Virus record (IMG/VR): IMGVR_UViG_3300042893_002153
Coordinates: 1-50,803 of that record
DNA length: 50,803 bases
Source: a virus
Lineage: Duplodnaviria > Caudoviricetes
Strand: one strand, 5' to 3'
Notes under the pieces: model-generated
Database searches by the model: none
Seen by the model: only the letters and a program-made list of their open reading frames with translations
Told to the model about the DNA's origin: nothing
Shown here: piece by piece, positions 18,601 to 25,842 of the stretch
Layout: each line of letters begins with the position of its first letter
Position numbering within the stretch: position 1 is the stretch's first letter
Made by a program: the position numbers and the translations under genes

Positions 18601-20747
18601 TACGCGAAGTTGGATATAAAGAAGCAATCTCAAAAACCCAACCCTTCACTATTTACGAAACAAGTAAGGTTGCTTTAAGAGATTACCTCAAAGGTTTATT
18701 ATCTGACCCTCGTGACCAAATTATTTTAGATTTTGCGAAGATGATGTTTGACGACAATTATGAATTGTTTAATGAAATATTTTTAGCCAAATTCAAAACA
18801 ACCTTACCAAGACAATCAATCTATATTCCGTTTGCCACTCTTTTTAGTGACTATGGTCGAGAATTAGAACTTGCTTTCGCGAGTCGATACAACGCTGGGG
18901 TTCCAGATGGTGTTGTTACGGAAACAACCATTGGGGCAAACACGTATTTAAAAGCAGAAAACATCTTTACTATTATTGAAAACCATACAAGACAAGCGGC
19001 TAAATATAGTTACGAAAGATTGTTAACTGACTTCCAAAATATTTTAGTCAATAAAGCAGCGACCATTTTCACTCTCCAAGACCGTATCACTAACTCTTCA
19101 AGTTTCCTTGGAGCGCCAAACAACTTCCTTGATTACTTCCAAGCAATGATGGTTGCTGTTATTGGTTATTCACCAATAGGCGATTCTAAAATTGAAAAAA
19201 TTGCCAGCGACTTACTTCGCCTTGGACGTGGAGCAAGAATGGCATTCTCTCCAAGTGTAGCTATTAAACAGTTAGGCTCATTAAACACTATTAGTATCAA
19301 GGCACCAGGCTGGAAAAAAGAATATCAATTTAACGCATTAGAATTATATAAGAACTTTTTAACCGTTAAACTTTGGAGAAATAAATTTTATGCCAAACTT
19401 AAAGAAATCAATCCAAACTTTTACTTACGCGTTGTCTTTGGAAGTATCCCAGATTTAGCAAAAGCAATCGATGTGTCATTTATAATCCAGGCTCAAAACA
19501 CAATCGAAAAACTAGTCGAACTTGGTGTGTCAGTTGCAGGAAGAATGGATAGTGATATTATCCTTTCTGCATTCAAAACCTATTTTGACAAGATTCAAAA
19601 AGCAAACCCAAACATAACGGAAGAAGAAGTGTTTCAATTAGCAAACATTGGTGTGAAAAAAGTTCTTTTATACGGTGTCGCAAACACTTCACGAGCATAT
19701 CGTTCTCCGTTTGCTAACAGTCAAACATTCGCAGGCAAGTTCGCTTCTCGTTTCCAATCCGAAAACAACTTACAATGGAGTGCTATTTTAAGATACTATT
19801 GGGAACTTCTAAATAATGTTCCTGGTGCAGATAAAAAATTACTACAAAGCATCATATCCTTACTGATGTCGGCGTTCTTCTCGGGCATGGTTACATTTGC
19901 GTTAGGTTCTGCCCGTAATGTATACGACGAAGAAGACAAGTTCTTTGAATTGTTTGTGAATGAAATCATTTGGGGCAACCTTGTCGGTTCCGTTCCTTTA
20001 TTAAACATTCTAACCAGTTCTATTGAATTTGACCCAAAGACGTTCCTTCGAGTTGGTTATGAACCTGAATTGCCTGGTATTGGCGAATTAGTCAAAGTTG
20101 CAGAAATCATTAGTTCGGGATTAACCATGCAGGACGGAAGTTTAAACATGCGTAAGGTTCTTCGTATCTTTGAACAAGCGTTACAACCTTTCGGTGTTCC
20201 GTTAGCAAGTATTTCAAGATTAGTTCAAACTATATTCGGTTTTGGTGCCAAACTTGGTAACCCAACATCGATGGAGGCTGTCCAGTGGTTCGCTGGTCAA
20301 ACCGACGCTGTTGCTCTCACACAAGCCATCAAAGCAGGCGACCGTAACAGAATCAACTATTACATCAGTCAGGTTTATAGCAGCGTCCCAGTCCAGAAGG
20401 AAATTATGCGTATTCTAAACTCCGATTCCAATATTAGACTGTCACTAAAGTCTGCTAATTTCTTCACAGCTGAAAAAGATGGAGTGACAAGCACTTATGA
20501 TATTCCGCAAGCAACCCGTTCCTTTTATACAACATTGACTATGCAGGCTTTATCGCGTTTAATTATTCGCGGCGGATACACAAGAATGAACGATACTCAA
20601 AAAACAGCCATAGTCCAACGAGTCATCAATTACTATTGGAACCATATGCGTAATTATGTAATCAACGAAGATGGAAAAGCAAAAATAGCAAGTAGTTCTG
20701 GGTTGTCCGATGTCATTCAAAGAGCCATTGACTATGAAAAAAGATAG
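6669..20747 (+). CDS. Giant (4692 aa) polyvalent virion/ejection protein with an ART-PolyVal-type ADP-ribosyltransferase and two zincin metallopeptidase motifs
   Basis: LYHGT...YGPGFYF...VYLNIKKP...GYDGIV...VAFNPKQI (about 13650-14565); HELIH at 8673; HENLH at 15852; Ala/Gly-rich N-terminal ejection-protein-like segment. Confidence 0.85.
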   Translation: MATQYYGPIAPLVQDAINQATTKVENTFKENSLLIDRLTNPTKYMTPGEIGFALTNSAVYDVFKGMTQSVTGLVFGTGLALWDLLVDIRNTVNAPTKEAMLKEGVSAIYRLSNNVLTALGTTGAGLLSVGAEVLTLGYADTTWAQDYAKNLQVLNRQYAYYQSRGQDNVGRFMSEAMVATGNPLYDAALLNKDDPLLKDAFNQQALYAEDYEKKFGESFKNIVNQSANIKKFIDKEIFDTIVKTAGLKQQKDIADMLYADSPLYQAFSGVLQSIGAILMAQGLAKFSNAQGLTNPEQSAALATAYFGTQVFGNSFEQAIDNGASISDAYMFATANAVIETMIEQIGGLKLGLDKNILPTTFQAFLRNGFEEGIEEVMSEFLTPGFDLYSVPLKDQKDFKLDRMTDKDIIQRMFFAFASGAVSGGVFGATNQFIYNQSLEGKFGMVQAAFKQDVQKVGKERAVLYLRQRLRELIKSLNNPNLQGYKVNKGQGYSLSTLTTAEKIQYIKNLGFGRIIDIDVNDLSRGALGTKDQPLTPEQFEDVLNNGYFSFKLRKDFVIDETVFQPIYNNQRISVQEWAVNAASGGETLNNSRVGPGKPFIPLMRANLTPVGKSILAMADKSGVPIVVVASDALQPELKNEVAFYINGVIFFNQSAEVDANTALAEVRKHELIHLIARRLPQQYKEIEEEVRSLIDFNQLIQVDPKNGTISLNYNAEFIKGLFTPEQQKQFFDNLDTALADILDTFGGSEKIFALMRLAQNPETDADTKKRAANRVRIITESIAVRMGEETTSYFVEAMVKDSAAFVRAIETQNPNIRERLKNFVSRMAQITRERRFQKQMERIFGANAPSAATLSTGEVKPVGKAAEVIESVEQKITAATRKLVKERSSLDYFYRNFFASRESLRQFINPTILKKYNEDMDLIFESLSRAIEIDPYSKVMSIEGTQYNIEDVFAGNMDFASKKTDKQKTSLQIFSENWNPNEELNFMEFNGLIDALSVDFGNFSNKDIQQIQQVTKKKSVYFYFILEMYKTILEEETEALSAGLGNATGKEAEEMRKKLKLLKTRAGIVSLLSNEIYPSRPVTNTLDFDSKYINDNMSLKAFEDMGAIFGDVSYNGLSFLDGIRNNKLAASAGEIMLIAAEISKSATLTDYFKKNDELILDKETKRRILIIAEFSIMNYAKNLMKKNIVSVPSERGTQKARIISKLKREARQETSVVQKTLSHAAYNATQKLANWIANNQIKVPPFLQGANFINSSFSTFDINNPGGIYVEIDLSEDLKQLKTKKEKQEYLDIIKQSYDLMLHTFLEGTHIASNNKKIKFGLDNYEYEVELLEKDVLTKKSMKSEDVGLTVYIYPTVKNIQEYIKKIEENEKELNQTKETKPDVIAEAKNNFQNIILTNEVLDGDNQLTSAAVLNNAQSNISNKVINQLSNIIPSMVQPLSGKEVVASVNLPWGKSVKVSNTMFEAKALIEEGLRNDIKRRNIDVEIGKDVEIRYFLVSTLLPTGSFYDTYFKDSNHFGTGYYFTHLEERNMQEFDAKMKTDSGSLSSSKKFLIGFFVGKRFISSSKNQNLPDLKHIDKLLNGEDSFVKASYRLAKKEIKDNIYNQFDGIFSLEMNLIDADNFYKNVIKPFNQFKVIGTTLTAPEKALTSSFDEEIRGLIGEIQVKQRSPLSSEQDTEIKNEYIPDSVFASEMSYHLFNLFFKGMKNPYDTPITNILKEKPYHIVALERIAKITSKKSTANTYPFETFFETIVNDVKKDLLAEEREFEEEFPFIPTYFKSLTLKEFTAGFFKSPESFKESKYHNKLIGLDNSYVEINPKIWKTIDDKITLDIKNIFGLSQEFFVLFLQQDFRDENNQYDLVAKIFKKVENNEGNIRKIIIDNIKSIIENLKKEQKEVVFFNRPRGYVVRAEKSAEVPDERQTKRYNLVKTAYEDVEDSALVVFEKLLKDFEYVEKIDADSSFWLQNESLYDSILNLKYSVSLYTNYKTTRKLIEVFNKDFTDFKKIHHRTAREIFELRERFYETQTKVVVLGHPAYNKSGILYHASKFLDFTSIFLNKDVNTGQGYNTYYTYLMGYLDFENNDFLTMFAEFAKARLVNDTVLNNNDMFKNGAIANRVMLDMKNEFRGYKEDLQNGKISYKYMINPFQEFLKIYDFIGVDLREISKVIPEIAEKGSTVLYLSQNTAEILSKDNYSELKDEDGVKKSFTIGATKEEIPLLTVQVGNQEGSYLSSDSVEKLLQEPFKIYTLNTTINFESIGLGIKNTINSYTDNLPNEAEKILVQTKAPQLNYPVIKISPSKMETFSQDSTGVYLNTDVARKLINAHPLLKDSEGRILRLYHGTKTLFKDFSYAFLQKVGLAYGPGFYFASDIETSSDYARFDVTTPKSEDKSNTALKQEGVLKEVYLNIKKPIYFEDDRSVDRIAKMGNTVFSRNEFASIFKELVAKELDTNGNLPELVKKVMFEFYFEDPLTYGIFDIKKLKTPEEFAAFLLNNSGGFTQYDSFSNQEELAVPGVMLSTLVRRWRTYLITKYLLQNRVITENELDEILKNNKEETVQGHFRKSVGFTHESILDDKIQKYLQKQDIENFYYNIWGNSFKDVLTATTDATGYDGIVNRAEREGHIIVAFNPKQIIDVNDAVSIRETSEFDPSTVVQEFNPNSITVIQPYFDAPYIQSSFKKAFNLSPVVYAIVPALWINSRENQRLVDPDKKLIYVERLTTPLPMDTSDNFGKFAGARAINAAIMIWADKTHPVFKDYQDLRESLETKKRYETNDFVYRFMKNRNTEEDAKVKKTFTDSDGKTSISFAVPYLGVGASYNTKINDFDQIPLTGKYIVIKASSPQVLERLNKIDFGKLAENGAVLKGKGFRASELIEEYNRIKENSEDLFDTLDKGETVYKRVSKKKTTARKINAQEESDIRSVFGDKIIREMLTVDENGNFQVKANSIPTRVKAEAKIKLDGAEFSEKTHAINIPFENLPEVVTGYKYEVLTVQELSSTPYLKLFYDIMKQTNITFVFTRNWKGKKNVRGISFHQKVAFIIIDNIKKGLEGKPLEFQKRLATILIHENLHELEMEENLHHELGQELALLMFSVNSSTNTMEISPFGKNFFDEIFAQGEPQLPNSWESTGFMEFLRYMEGYKYARKYLNADDISRILRTPKTVLKTEKDGDSKARLKGELVAQIGGYLMADMETMTKVYGLKLTDAQTLTLFQTISKMQANPNNTATGKAFLMITFEKYKELFDNYIKGLQAQFPSQKRFSVKTINEFIAKFTDNEFTTKVDLIRTYVKEREAGHRRKATIALDKIIYVASLLSKTVQEATEGFIALRKEFVDLQENSMYLLNLENSDVVKLSDNTIEKLIKQIRSRFKQLRDGTELETIILNRKDLTKQDPNKDFELEEWFLEAKEILEGIKEKYDVIPDEVIKIFGIKEKLEVFQSLTQLSATLQAMETLFNNDGKWDKQNVTFAEHLVAELEKIEDVLTPYFTAVNYVRTGALNPIVTPMAVFGAQVQVRTRLENKEIELLKLYFKQKINSAVNKLMEARLQKDSPASPFILKMTKIIEDMSVSINKTNVTVQEIAKELSAKVFIFVDEANAAIRKNFVGIERQEAYERLSQVTTLLSRGIGGMLMELSLMARDTTILDNAVSKGYLTQEQMDQMIEFYKKRKLTFSASAFASGVARIINAFATRYESIFGMGENVTNDEYVVNMHKQITNLGENKVRPVVEKLWQILTPQDFLGRLSDLFEGKVDLFPAILKLYEEATERSEKISADFHKKYIEFIKNNPGIQKYSIEETLDVSTDYLIGLPTDTFQKLVEEVKVEMKAEKERIQAMGEDDTLKEEYKVLKEEKVKLQEEKKKYQRGSANWLKINQDIRVLTAQMSAKRTELNNQKDQIKLAKESFKNNDSDSRLKVKIAEFLVDNPNITLNQNLPKGTIAALYLMVAREVEMLEIFEKARETDTDTLIKPTNHFRFSNQINILDNRILREVGYKEAISKTQPFTIYETSKVALRDYLKGLLSDPRDQIILDFAKMMFDDNYELFNEIFLAKFKTTLPRQSIYIPFATLFSDYGRELELAFASRYNAGVPDGVVTETTIGANTYLKAENIFTIIENHTRQAAKYSYERLLTDFQNILVNKAATIFTLQDRITNSSSFLGAPNNFLDYFQAMMVAVIGYSPIGDSKIEKIASDLLRLGRGARMAFSPSVAIKQLGSLNTISIKAPGWKKEYQFNALELYKNFLTVKLWRNKFYAKLKEINPNFYLRVVFGSIPDLAKAIDVSFIIQAQNTIEKLVELGVSVAGRMDSDIILSAFKTYFDKIQKANPNITEEEVFQLANIGVKKVLLYGVANTSRAYRSPFANSQTFAGKFASRFQSENNLQWSAILRYYWELLNNVPGADKKLLQSIISLLMSAFFSGMVTFALGSARNVYDEEDKFFELFVNEIIWGNLVGSVPLLNILTSSIEFDPKTFLRVGYEPELPGIGELVKVAEIISSGLTMQDGSLNMRKVLRIFEQALQPFGVPLASISRLVQTIFGFGAKLGNPTSMEAVQWFAGQTDAVALTQAIKAGDRNRINYYISQVYSSVPVQKEIMRILNSDSNIRLSLKSANFFTAEKDGVTSTYDIPQATRSFYTTLTMQALSRLIIRGGYTRMNDTQKTAIVQRVINYYWNHMRNYVINEDGKAKIASSSGLSDVIQRAIDYEKR

Positions 20748-21018
20748 AATAGAAAAAATAAAAAAAACCATGAAGGAACTCTTCTTGACTAGAGAGGGTT
20801 GGATTTCATGGTTTGTCGCAAATGTGATTACTTCTTTGCCTTGGTTTTTACCACTGACATACGGATTTTTGTTTCAAGATGAGGGTGCTTATATGGCGGC
20901 CGCTGCAGTTTACGCCTTTATCTTACTGCCACTCACACCATTTTGGATACTAAACGTGATTATAGCAGTTTGGTTTACTAAACTACTTACCAAAAAGCAT
21001 GTCGAGAAGCGTTTTTGA
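20734..21018 (+). CDS. Small 2-TM membrane protein
   Basis: Basic N-terminus then two Trp/Pro-rich hydrophobic helices; start uncertain (20734 or 20770); overlaps the convergent MTase end. Confidence 0.6.
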   Translation: MKKDRIEKIKKTMKELFLTREGWISWFVANVITSLPWFLPLTYGFLFQDEGAYMAAAAVYAFILLPLTPFWILNVIIAVWFTKLLTKKHVEKRF

Positions 21019-22032
21019 TTCGCCACCCTTACCGTTCCAGTAGATATTTTCGTTGATAGTTTTCTTTGGTTTATTATCGCCACGATGACCATTATCTAAT
21101 AATTGTATTTTTGGTTCGAAATTAATAGGTTCAATTCCTTGTGGTGCCTTATAAGATGATACATAAACTGGATAGGGGCAAGTTTTAAACCAATGCCAAA
21201 AAGCGTCATAATCAAAACCTTTTCCGAACTGATATTCTTTTGCGTCTTGATATGGAGGGTCGCAGTAAATCACTGCTTTTTCTAAAACTGCTTTTGGCAA
21301 CTTTCTATAAGTTTCATACCAATCTTGACTAAAAAGGTCTATTCTATTAACGAAATTAGAACCAGCCAGTTCGTAAATTGCATCTATCTTTTCTGTTAGG
21401 TTTAGATTAACTATCATTTCTAATCTTTGCAGTTGTGTGTAATGTGGACTTTTTTCATTGTCGTGTATGAACTTGTGGAACTTTTCCATAAATACAACAC
21501 GGGCGTTTATGTTTTTTTGATAATCAACTTCTTCGAATATTGTGCCTTTGATATAGTCGTCATAGAACCCCTTAAATAATGGTTTAGAATTTAGTAAAGT
21601 ATAGTCTTTATATACAACTGCCATGTGAAGTGCTTTTTTATCTTCTTCGAGGTCTTTGGCATATAAGTAGTCTTTTTGATTACAACCAAACGACCACATG
21701 TTTAACACATAACCAACATACCAAGGTTCGAATGTTTCTGGGTATTCTTTGACTGTTTCGAATAGTTTTCGGTCAATCCACTCATATCGCCTCGCCTCAA
21801 ATTTTTTGCCACCATCAAGGATTTCTTGATAGAGTGCTATAACATACTTATTAAGGTCGTTAACAACAACTTTCATATTAGAGTGCTTCAAAACGTATGC
21901 TGATACCGAAAGTCCACCAGCAAATAGGTCTAAAAAATACTTATTCTTGTGTTCTCTTTGAAGAATGTAGTCGATAAGATGCAGAATTTTTTCTTTACTG
22001 CCGAGGTAGACCAATCCATACCTATCTTCCAT
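20983..22032 (-). CDS. DNA adenine methyltransferase (Dam/D12-like, alpha class)
   Basis: YLGSK, FLDLFAGG, VVVND and YCDPPY motifs; start moved to MEDRYG (GAGGT RBS). Confidence 0.9.
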   Translation of the reverse strand: MEDRYGLVYLGSKEKILHLIDYILQREHKNKYFLDLFAGGLSVSAYVLKHSNMKVVVNDLNKYVIALYQEILDGGKKFEARRYEWIDRKLFETVKEYPETFEPWYVGYVLNMWSFGCNQKDYLYAKDLEEDKKALHMAVVYKDYTLLNSKPLFKGFYDDYIKGTIFEEVDYQKNINARVVFMEKFHKFIHDNEKSPHYTQLQRLEMIVNLNLTEKIDAIYELAGSNFVNRIDLFSQDWYETYRKLPKAVLEKAVIYCDPPYQDAKEYQFGKGFDYDAFWHWFKTCPYPVYVSSYKAPQGIEPINFEPKIQLLDNGHRGDNKPKKTINENIYWNGKGGESKTLLDMLFGK

Positions 22033-22327
22033 TTTGACCTCTGATGTAAGTGTTGATAAAGGTTTCCATTTCCTTTTCACCGTTTATTAGAAAATACTTG
22101 CCACCACTGTCGGTGATGGTGAACAACCATAATTTCTGCATAGGAGTAAGTTTGTAAGATGTTTCGTTTTTGACTTCCACATAGAATATTTGTTTACTCT
22201 TTGTATTAAAAACAATTCTGTCAGGAAATCCAACATTGTTTTCTGCCCAACCCTTAATACATTTTATGTTTAATATTTTACACGCTTTAACCAACATTGC
22301 TTCAACTTGTTTTTCTAATAGTTTCAT
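22022..22327 (-). CDS. VRR-NUC domain nuclease (probable junction resolvase)
   Basis: EKQVE...GFPDRIV...FYVEVK...LTPMQ. Confidence 0.88.
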   Translation of the reverse strand: MKLLEKQVEAMLVKACKILNIKCIKGWAENNVGFPDRIVFNTKSKQIFYVEVKNETSYKLTPMQKLWLFTITDSGGKYFLINGEKEMETFINTYIRGQNGR

Positions 22328-22878
22328 TTCTTTTGGTTCCTTTTATAATAGTGTCTTTGTTTTGTAAGGACCGTGTTGACTATCTTTTTCATTTTATCCA
22401 CTTCTTCGTATGTCGATGCAGAAGATATTTCTATCCTTTGTATGACTAGGTTGTGGTTGAGAAACACATTAACGTTTGTGTTTTTTGTCCCGTAGTCGTA
22501 AACCATAAAACAGATTTCACGAGAGCCGACCAAGAACTCAACCTTTGGTATGCCAAGGGCTTTCCTAATTTTGTAAGAAAAACTTTCTACCGATTTGTGA
22601 CTGATAAAACCACCTTTTAATCGTTTTGATTTTCTAATCTTGTTAATTCGGTAGACACTGATGCCAATCATGCCTTCTTCTAAGGAAAAGAACTCTGGTT
22701 TAAAATAATCTTTCAATTCTTGTAGTTCTTCGGGTTTATCGGAACCAAGAACAAACCATTCGTAAGGGTTCAAATCAGCGTTTTTTATACCCACCAAGAA
22801 ACCTATTGCTTCTTCGCAAGAATAAACATATCGTTGCTCTTTCTTTTTTGCTTTGGATTGTCTTAATAAGTAAATCAT
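22324..22878 (-). CDS. Hypothetical protein
   Basis: 184-aa ORF with ATGA overlaps on both sides. Confidence 0.7.
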   Translation of the reverse strand: MIYLLRQSKAKKKEQRYVYSCEEAIGFLVGIKNADLNPYEWFVLGSDKPEELQELKDYFKPEFFSLEEGMIGISVYRINKIRKSKRLKGGFISHKSVESFSYKIRKALGIPKVEFLVGSREICFMVYDYGTKNTNVNVFLNHNLVIQRIEISSASTYEEVDKMKKIVNTVLTKQRHYYKRNQKK

Positions 22879-23261
22879 TTTAATTGTTCTCCCATCTGTC
22901 TTTTGACTTCTGTAATAAACTTGTTGAGTTTTTCACCCACTTCTGACTTTTCATATGTATTTAGTTTTTTCTCCTTTATTTCCATGGTTTCTTCGACTTT
23001 GAATCTAAACAACTTATCGCATAGAACGAAACAAGCCAATCCGTTTATTTCTATTTTGACGTTATAGTCGTTTGGCAAACCGAAGAATTTTTGGTTTGAA
23101 CTAATCATAAGACCATAAACATCATTGATAAGGTGGTTGTTTTCATCTTGCTTTTGCGTGTAGATACAAACATAGTAGTGTTTGTTTATTCCGAACTCGC
23201 TTTGCGATAACTTATAAAATATATCGAACGGCTTTAACTCATTCGTTAACATCTTCTGCAT
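22875..23261 (-). CDS. PemK/MazF-like fold protein
   Basis: DIFY...KHYYVCI...VYGLMISS...FVLCDKL...C-terminal helix parallels the MazF pattern. Confidence 0.5.
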   Translation of the reverse strand: MQKMLTNELKPFDIFYKLSQSEFGINKHYYVCIYTQKQDENNHLINDVYGLMISSNQKFFGLPNDYNVKIEINGLACFVLCDKLFRFKVEETMEIKEKKLNTYEKSEVGEKLNKFITEVKRQMGEQLK

Positions 23262-25842
23262 TTACTATACCTACCTTTCCCAATGTATTCCTTTTCACAA
23301 CCTGTATTTGATGACCGAACTGACCGAACCTTTGTTGTTTTTTATCCAATACCCAACCCAGTTTATCTAATGCGTTTACGATTAGTTCTCGGTGGTATCG
23401 GTTGACGGTGATGTCCTTTTGTCTTAATGCTACTTGCCATAACTCTATGACACAAGTTCTGTTTGGTTCTGATGTTGCCGATTTACCCCATACTTCGTGA
23501 AGACTTAGACCACGGTCAAAATCATACGAATCCATGTATTTCAGCATCTCTTCACGCGACATCGAATACCAAGTGGTTGGTCTTTTCATCGAAAGATAAC
23601 TAGAAATAGAACCCATTAAGTCATTTTCTGCAAGGTTTGATTCATTTGACTTTTCCCACCATTCCATCTCTTCTTCCGACCATTGAAAAATGTCAAAACC
23701 AGATTTGTATAAGTGGATTGCTTCGGCGATTAGTTGGTCGCGAATTTCTTGGGTAAATTTCTTTTCGTCTTTAATATAGCATTCGTTTTGAGTAAGTCCT
23801 GCTTCCATAACCAAGAATCTTCGATTTCCTGTTCTATCTCTTAACGGAGTGGTGTCGTTTGTAGAACCACCAAAAGCAACACGGCGTTTAATTTCGACAT
23901 TGCGTCGACCATAAGACCTTCTGAACTTGTCTTCGGTTTTATCGACAAACGCTTTGATACTTTCTTGCTCGGACATATTCATACCAGCAAGTTCTTTCCA
24001 TTCATAAATCCAGATGTTTTCTAATTGCTCATAACTGTCTTTCGCTTTGTCGAAGTCAATCTTGGTGTCCGAATATAAGTGGTCGGTCGGCTTCTTAAAG
24101 TCAATGGTTGCTAGTTTCTTAAAGAACAAGGATTTACCAATACCTTGCTTACCTTTGATAATAAGTAGCAAGTCCATAGGGGCTCCTGCTCGGTATATTC
24201 TAGAAACTGCTCCGACAAGCCAATGTTTGAACGCTGCCCTTGTAAAAGGATTTAATTGAACCTTGAAGAAATCGTGAAAAAATGTTTCTAATCGCGGAGT
24301 TCCGTCCCATTTGAGAGTTTCAAAAAAGTCCAAAACCTTATTCTTTTGTATCTTATCGGCTTCAACTACCACTGAATCGTCAATCATCTTTTCGCCTTTA
24401 ATGTTATAGACCTTATCTAAATGAACGCGAATATGTGCCATATCTTTGTCTTGCAGTGCCATACCCTCAATAAAATCTCTGTGCCAAAATGGTTTGCGTT
24501 GAAAACAAATGTTTGCTCTGAATGTGTCGAAATAGAACAGGTTGCCAATCTGGTCGTCATGCTTGAAAACAATATCAAGTTTTGCTAAATTACTCTTAAC
24601 CCCGTCTAATTGAACAAGCCAAGACTTGTCTTTGGTGGGCTCAACTTGTTGTTCAGTCTTTTCTGCAGTTTGTTTTGGTTCGACGGAAGTTTTGGTTTCT
24701 TCTGTAAAATGTTCGTTAACGAAGTTTTCTTGTTGTTCTAGTCTTTGAGATAATGCTATATTTGTTTCGCTGTGTTCCACTACTTCTGGAATACCACGGC
24801 AGAACTCAATCATCTTCATAAACGAATCGGACTTCTCCAAAACGTCTTTTTCGATTTCCTTTTCAGGTGTAAATCCAGTATCGTATGAGCCAAACTTGTG
24901 GATTCTAACTAAATCAAAAGCAGAACGATAATACAGGTTGGCAGGGTCAGTTCCGTGGTGTGAATAAAAAAGAGTATCTCCAGCAAGAACAATGCCACCA
25001 CCAAAACTCTCTCCACCGACAAAGGTATATCTATTACTTCTTTCTTTCTTATAAACACTTGGTAAGAATTTATCGATTGCTTGGGAAACTGTGTAAGTGC
25101 GATTAAAGGCACCAACCAGACCTTTTGCTTTCAGTGGGTTTTTGTTTTCTAATGCGGTCTTACCGATTTGTGCTTCGTCTTGCTTCTCTGGTTTGAACCA
25201 TTGGTAAATATCGTTTCTGTCTAAGTAAGAATCTAAAACCTTATCGACATCTATGATTGCTTGCTGTTCTGTTGTCATATCCAGATTTAGTAAATCACAG
25301 ATGTATTCGCCGTCAATCGGCACCGAAGGGAAGAACATTAGTCGGTTTGCTTGGAATGTGGTTTCGTCGAATAGTCCTGGCATACTTTCGTGTTTAGAGT
25401 TTTCGATTGCGTAAGCGATGCGACGACCCAACGCTTGATATTCGTCTTCATTAACTTCTCTGGAAAGTGGGGCGATAATTCTGAATCGATTTTCGTCTGG
25501 TGAATGACTGTGTGTTGAGTGAAGAATACAATAGAAATAAATGTTCCTTTGTAAGTAGGGAAGTATGTTTGGTTTCTTTGTATCAATATCTAATGTTAAA
25601 ATTTGCCTTGTAATACGGACATTGTTGGTTCTCTTGTTGCCTTGTGTTTCTCCACCGATATAACCACCGACATCTTTGAGAGATAATTTAGTCGCTTTGT
25701 CTGCATTTACATACTCGTTATATTTTTCTTTTGTTCTCTTTACTTTGTATTTGAAAGCATTATAAATCTCTTCAATAGTTTTTTCGGTAAGGACGCCCTC
25801 CGTCGCATACCTGTTTTTAAAAGTAGTTATTTTGTATTTCAT
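23239..25842 (-). CDS. Primase(-polymerase) fused to a VirE/VapE-family helicase
   Basis: N-term LTLDID, HSTHSH, RFRIIAPL; YSHHGTDPA; WDGTPRL; Walker A GKQGIGKS; LRDRTGNRRF. Confidence 0.9.
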   Translation of the reverse strand: MKYKITTFKNRYATEGVLTEKTIEEIYNAFKYKVKRTKEKYNEYVNADKATKLSLKDVGGYIGGETQGNKRTNNVRITRQILTLDIDTKKPNILPYLQRNIYFYCILHSTHSHSPDENRFRIIAPLSREVNEDEYQALGRRIAYAIENSKHESMPGLFDETTFQANRLMFFPSVPIDGEYICDLLNLDMTTEQQAIIDVDKVLDSYLDRNDIYQWFKPEKQDEAQIGKTALENKNPLKAKGLVGAFNRTYTVSQAIDKFLPSVYKKERSNRYTFVGGESFGGGIVLAGDTLFYSHHGTDPANLYYRSAFDLVRIHKFGSYDTGFTPEKEIEKDVLEKSDSFMKMIEFCRGIPEVVEHSETNIALSQRLEQQENFVNEHFTEETKTSVEPKQTAEKTEQQVEPTKDKSWLVQLDGVKSNLAKLDIVFKHDDQIGNLFYFDTFRANICFQRKPFWHRDFIEGMALQDKDMAHIRVHLDKVYNIKGEKMIDDSVVVEADKIQKNKVLDFFETLKWDGTPRLETFFHDFFKVQLNPFTRAAFKHWLVGAVSRIYRAGAPMDLLLIIKGKQGIGKSLFFKKLATIDFKKPTDHLYSDTKIDFDKAKDSYEQLENIWIYEWKELAGMNMSEQESIKAFVDKTEDKFRRSYGRRNVEIKRRVAFGGSTNDTTPLRDRTGNRRFLVMEAGLTQNECYIKDEKKFTQEIRDQLIAEAIHLYKSGFDIFQWSEEEMEWWEKSNESNLAENDLMGSISSYLSMKRPTTWYSMSREEMLKYMDSYDFDRGLSLHEVWGKSATSEPNRTCVIELWQVALRQKDITVNRYHRELIVNALDKLGWVLDKKQQRFGQFGHQIQVVKRNTLGKVGIVNAEDVNE

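Noticed and set aside
6669-20747. Giant protein as a virion RNA polymerase (crAss- or N4-like) or tape measure
   Set aside because: No DFDGD/DxDGD-type catalytic motif in context and no T7-like motifs recognised; no tail-tube or chaperone genes. The motifs fit a polyvalent protein.
8942-20771. Many short antisense and alternate-frame ORFs inside the giant gene (likewise in other long genes)
   Set aside because: Shadow ORFs with no RBS or motifs, explained by codon bias of the real gene.
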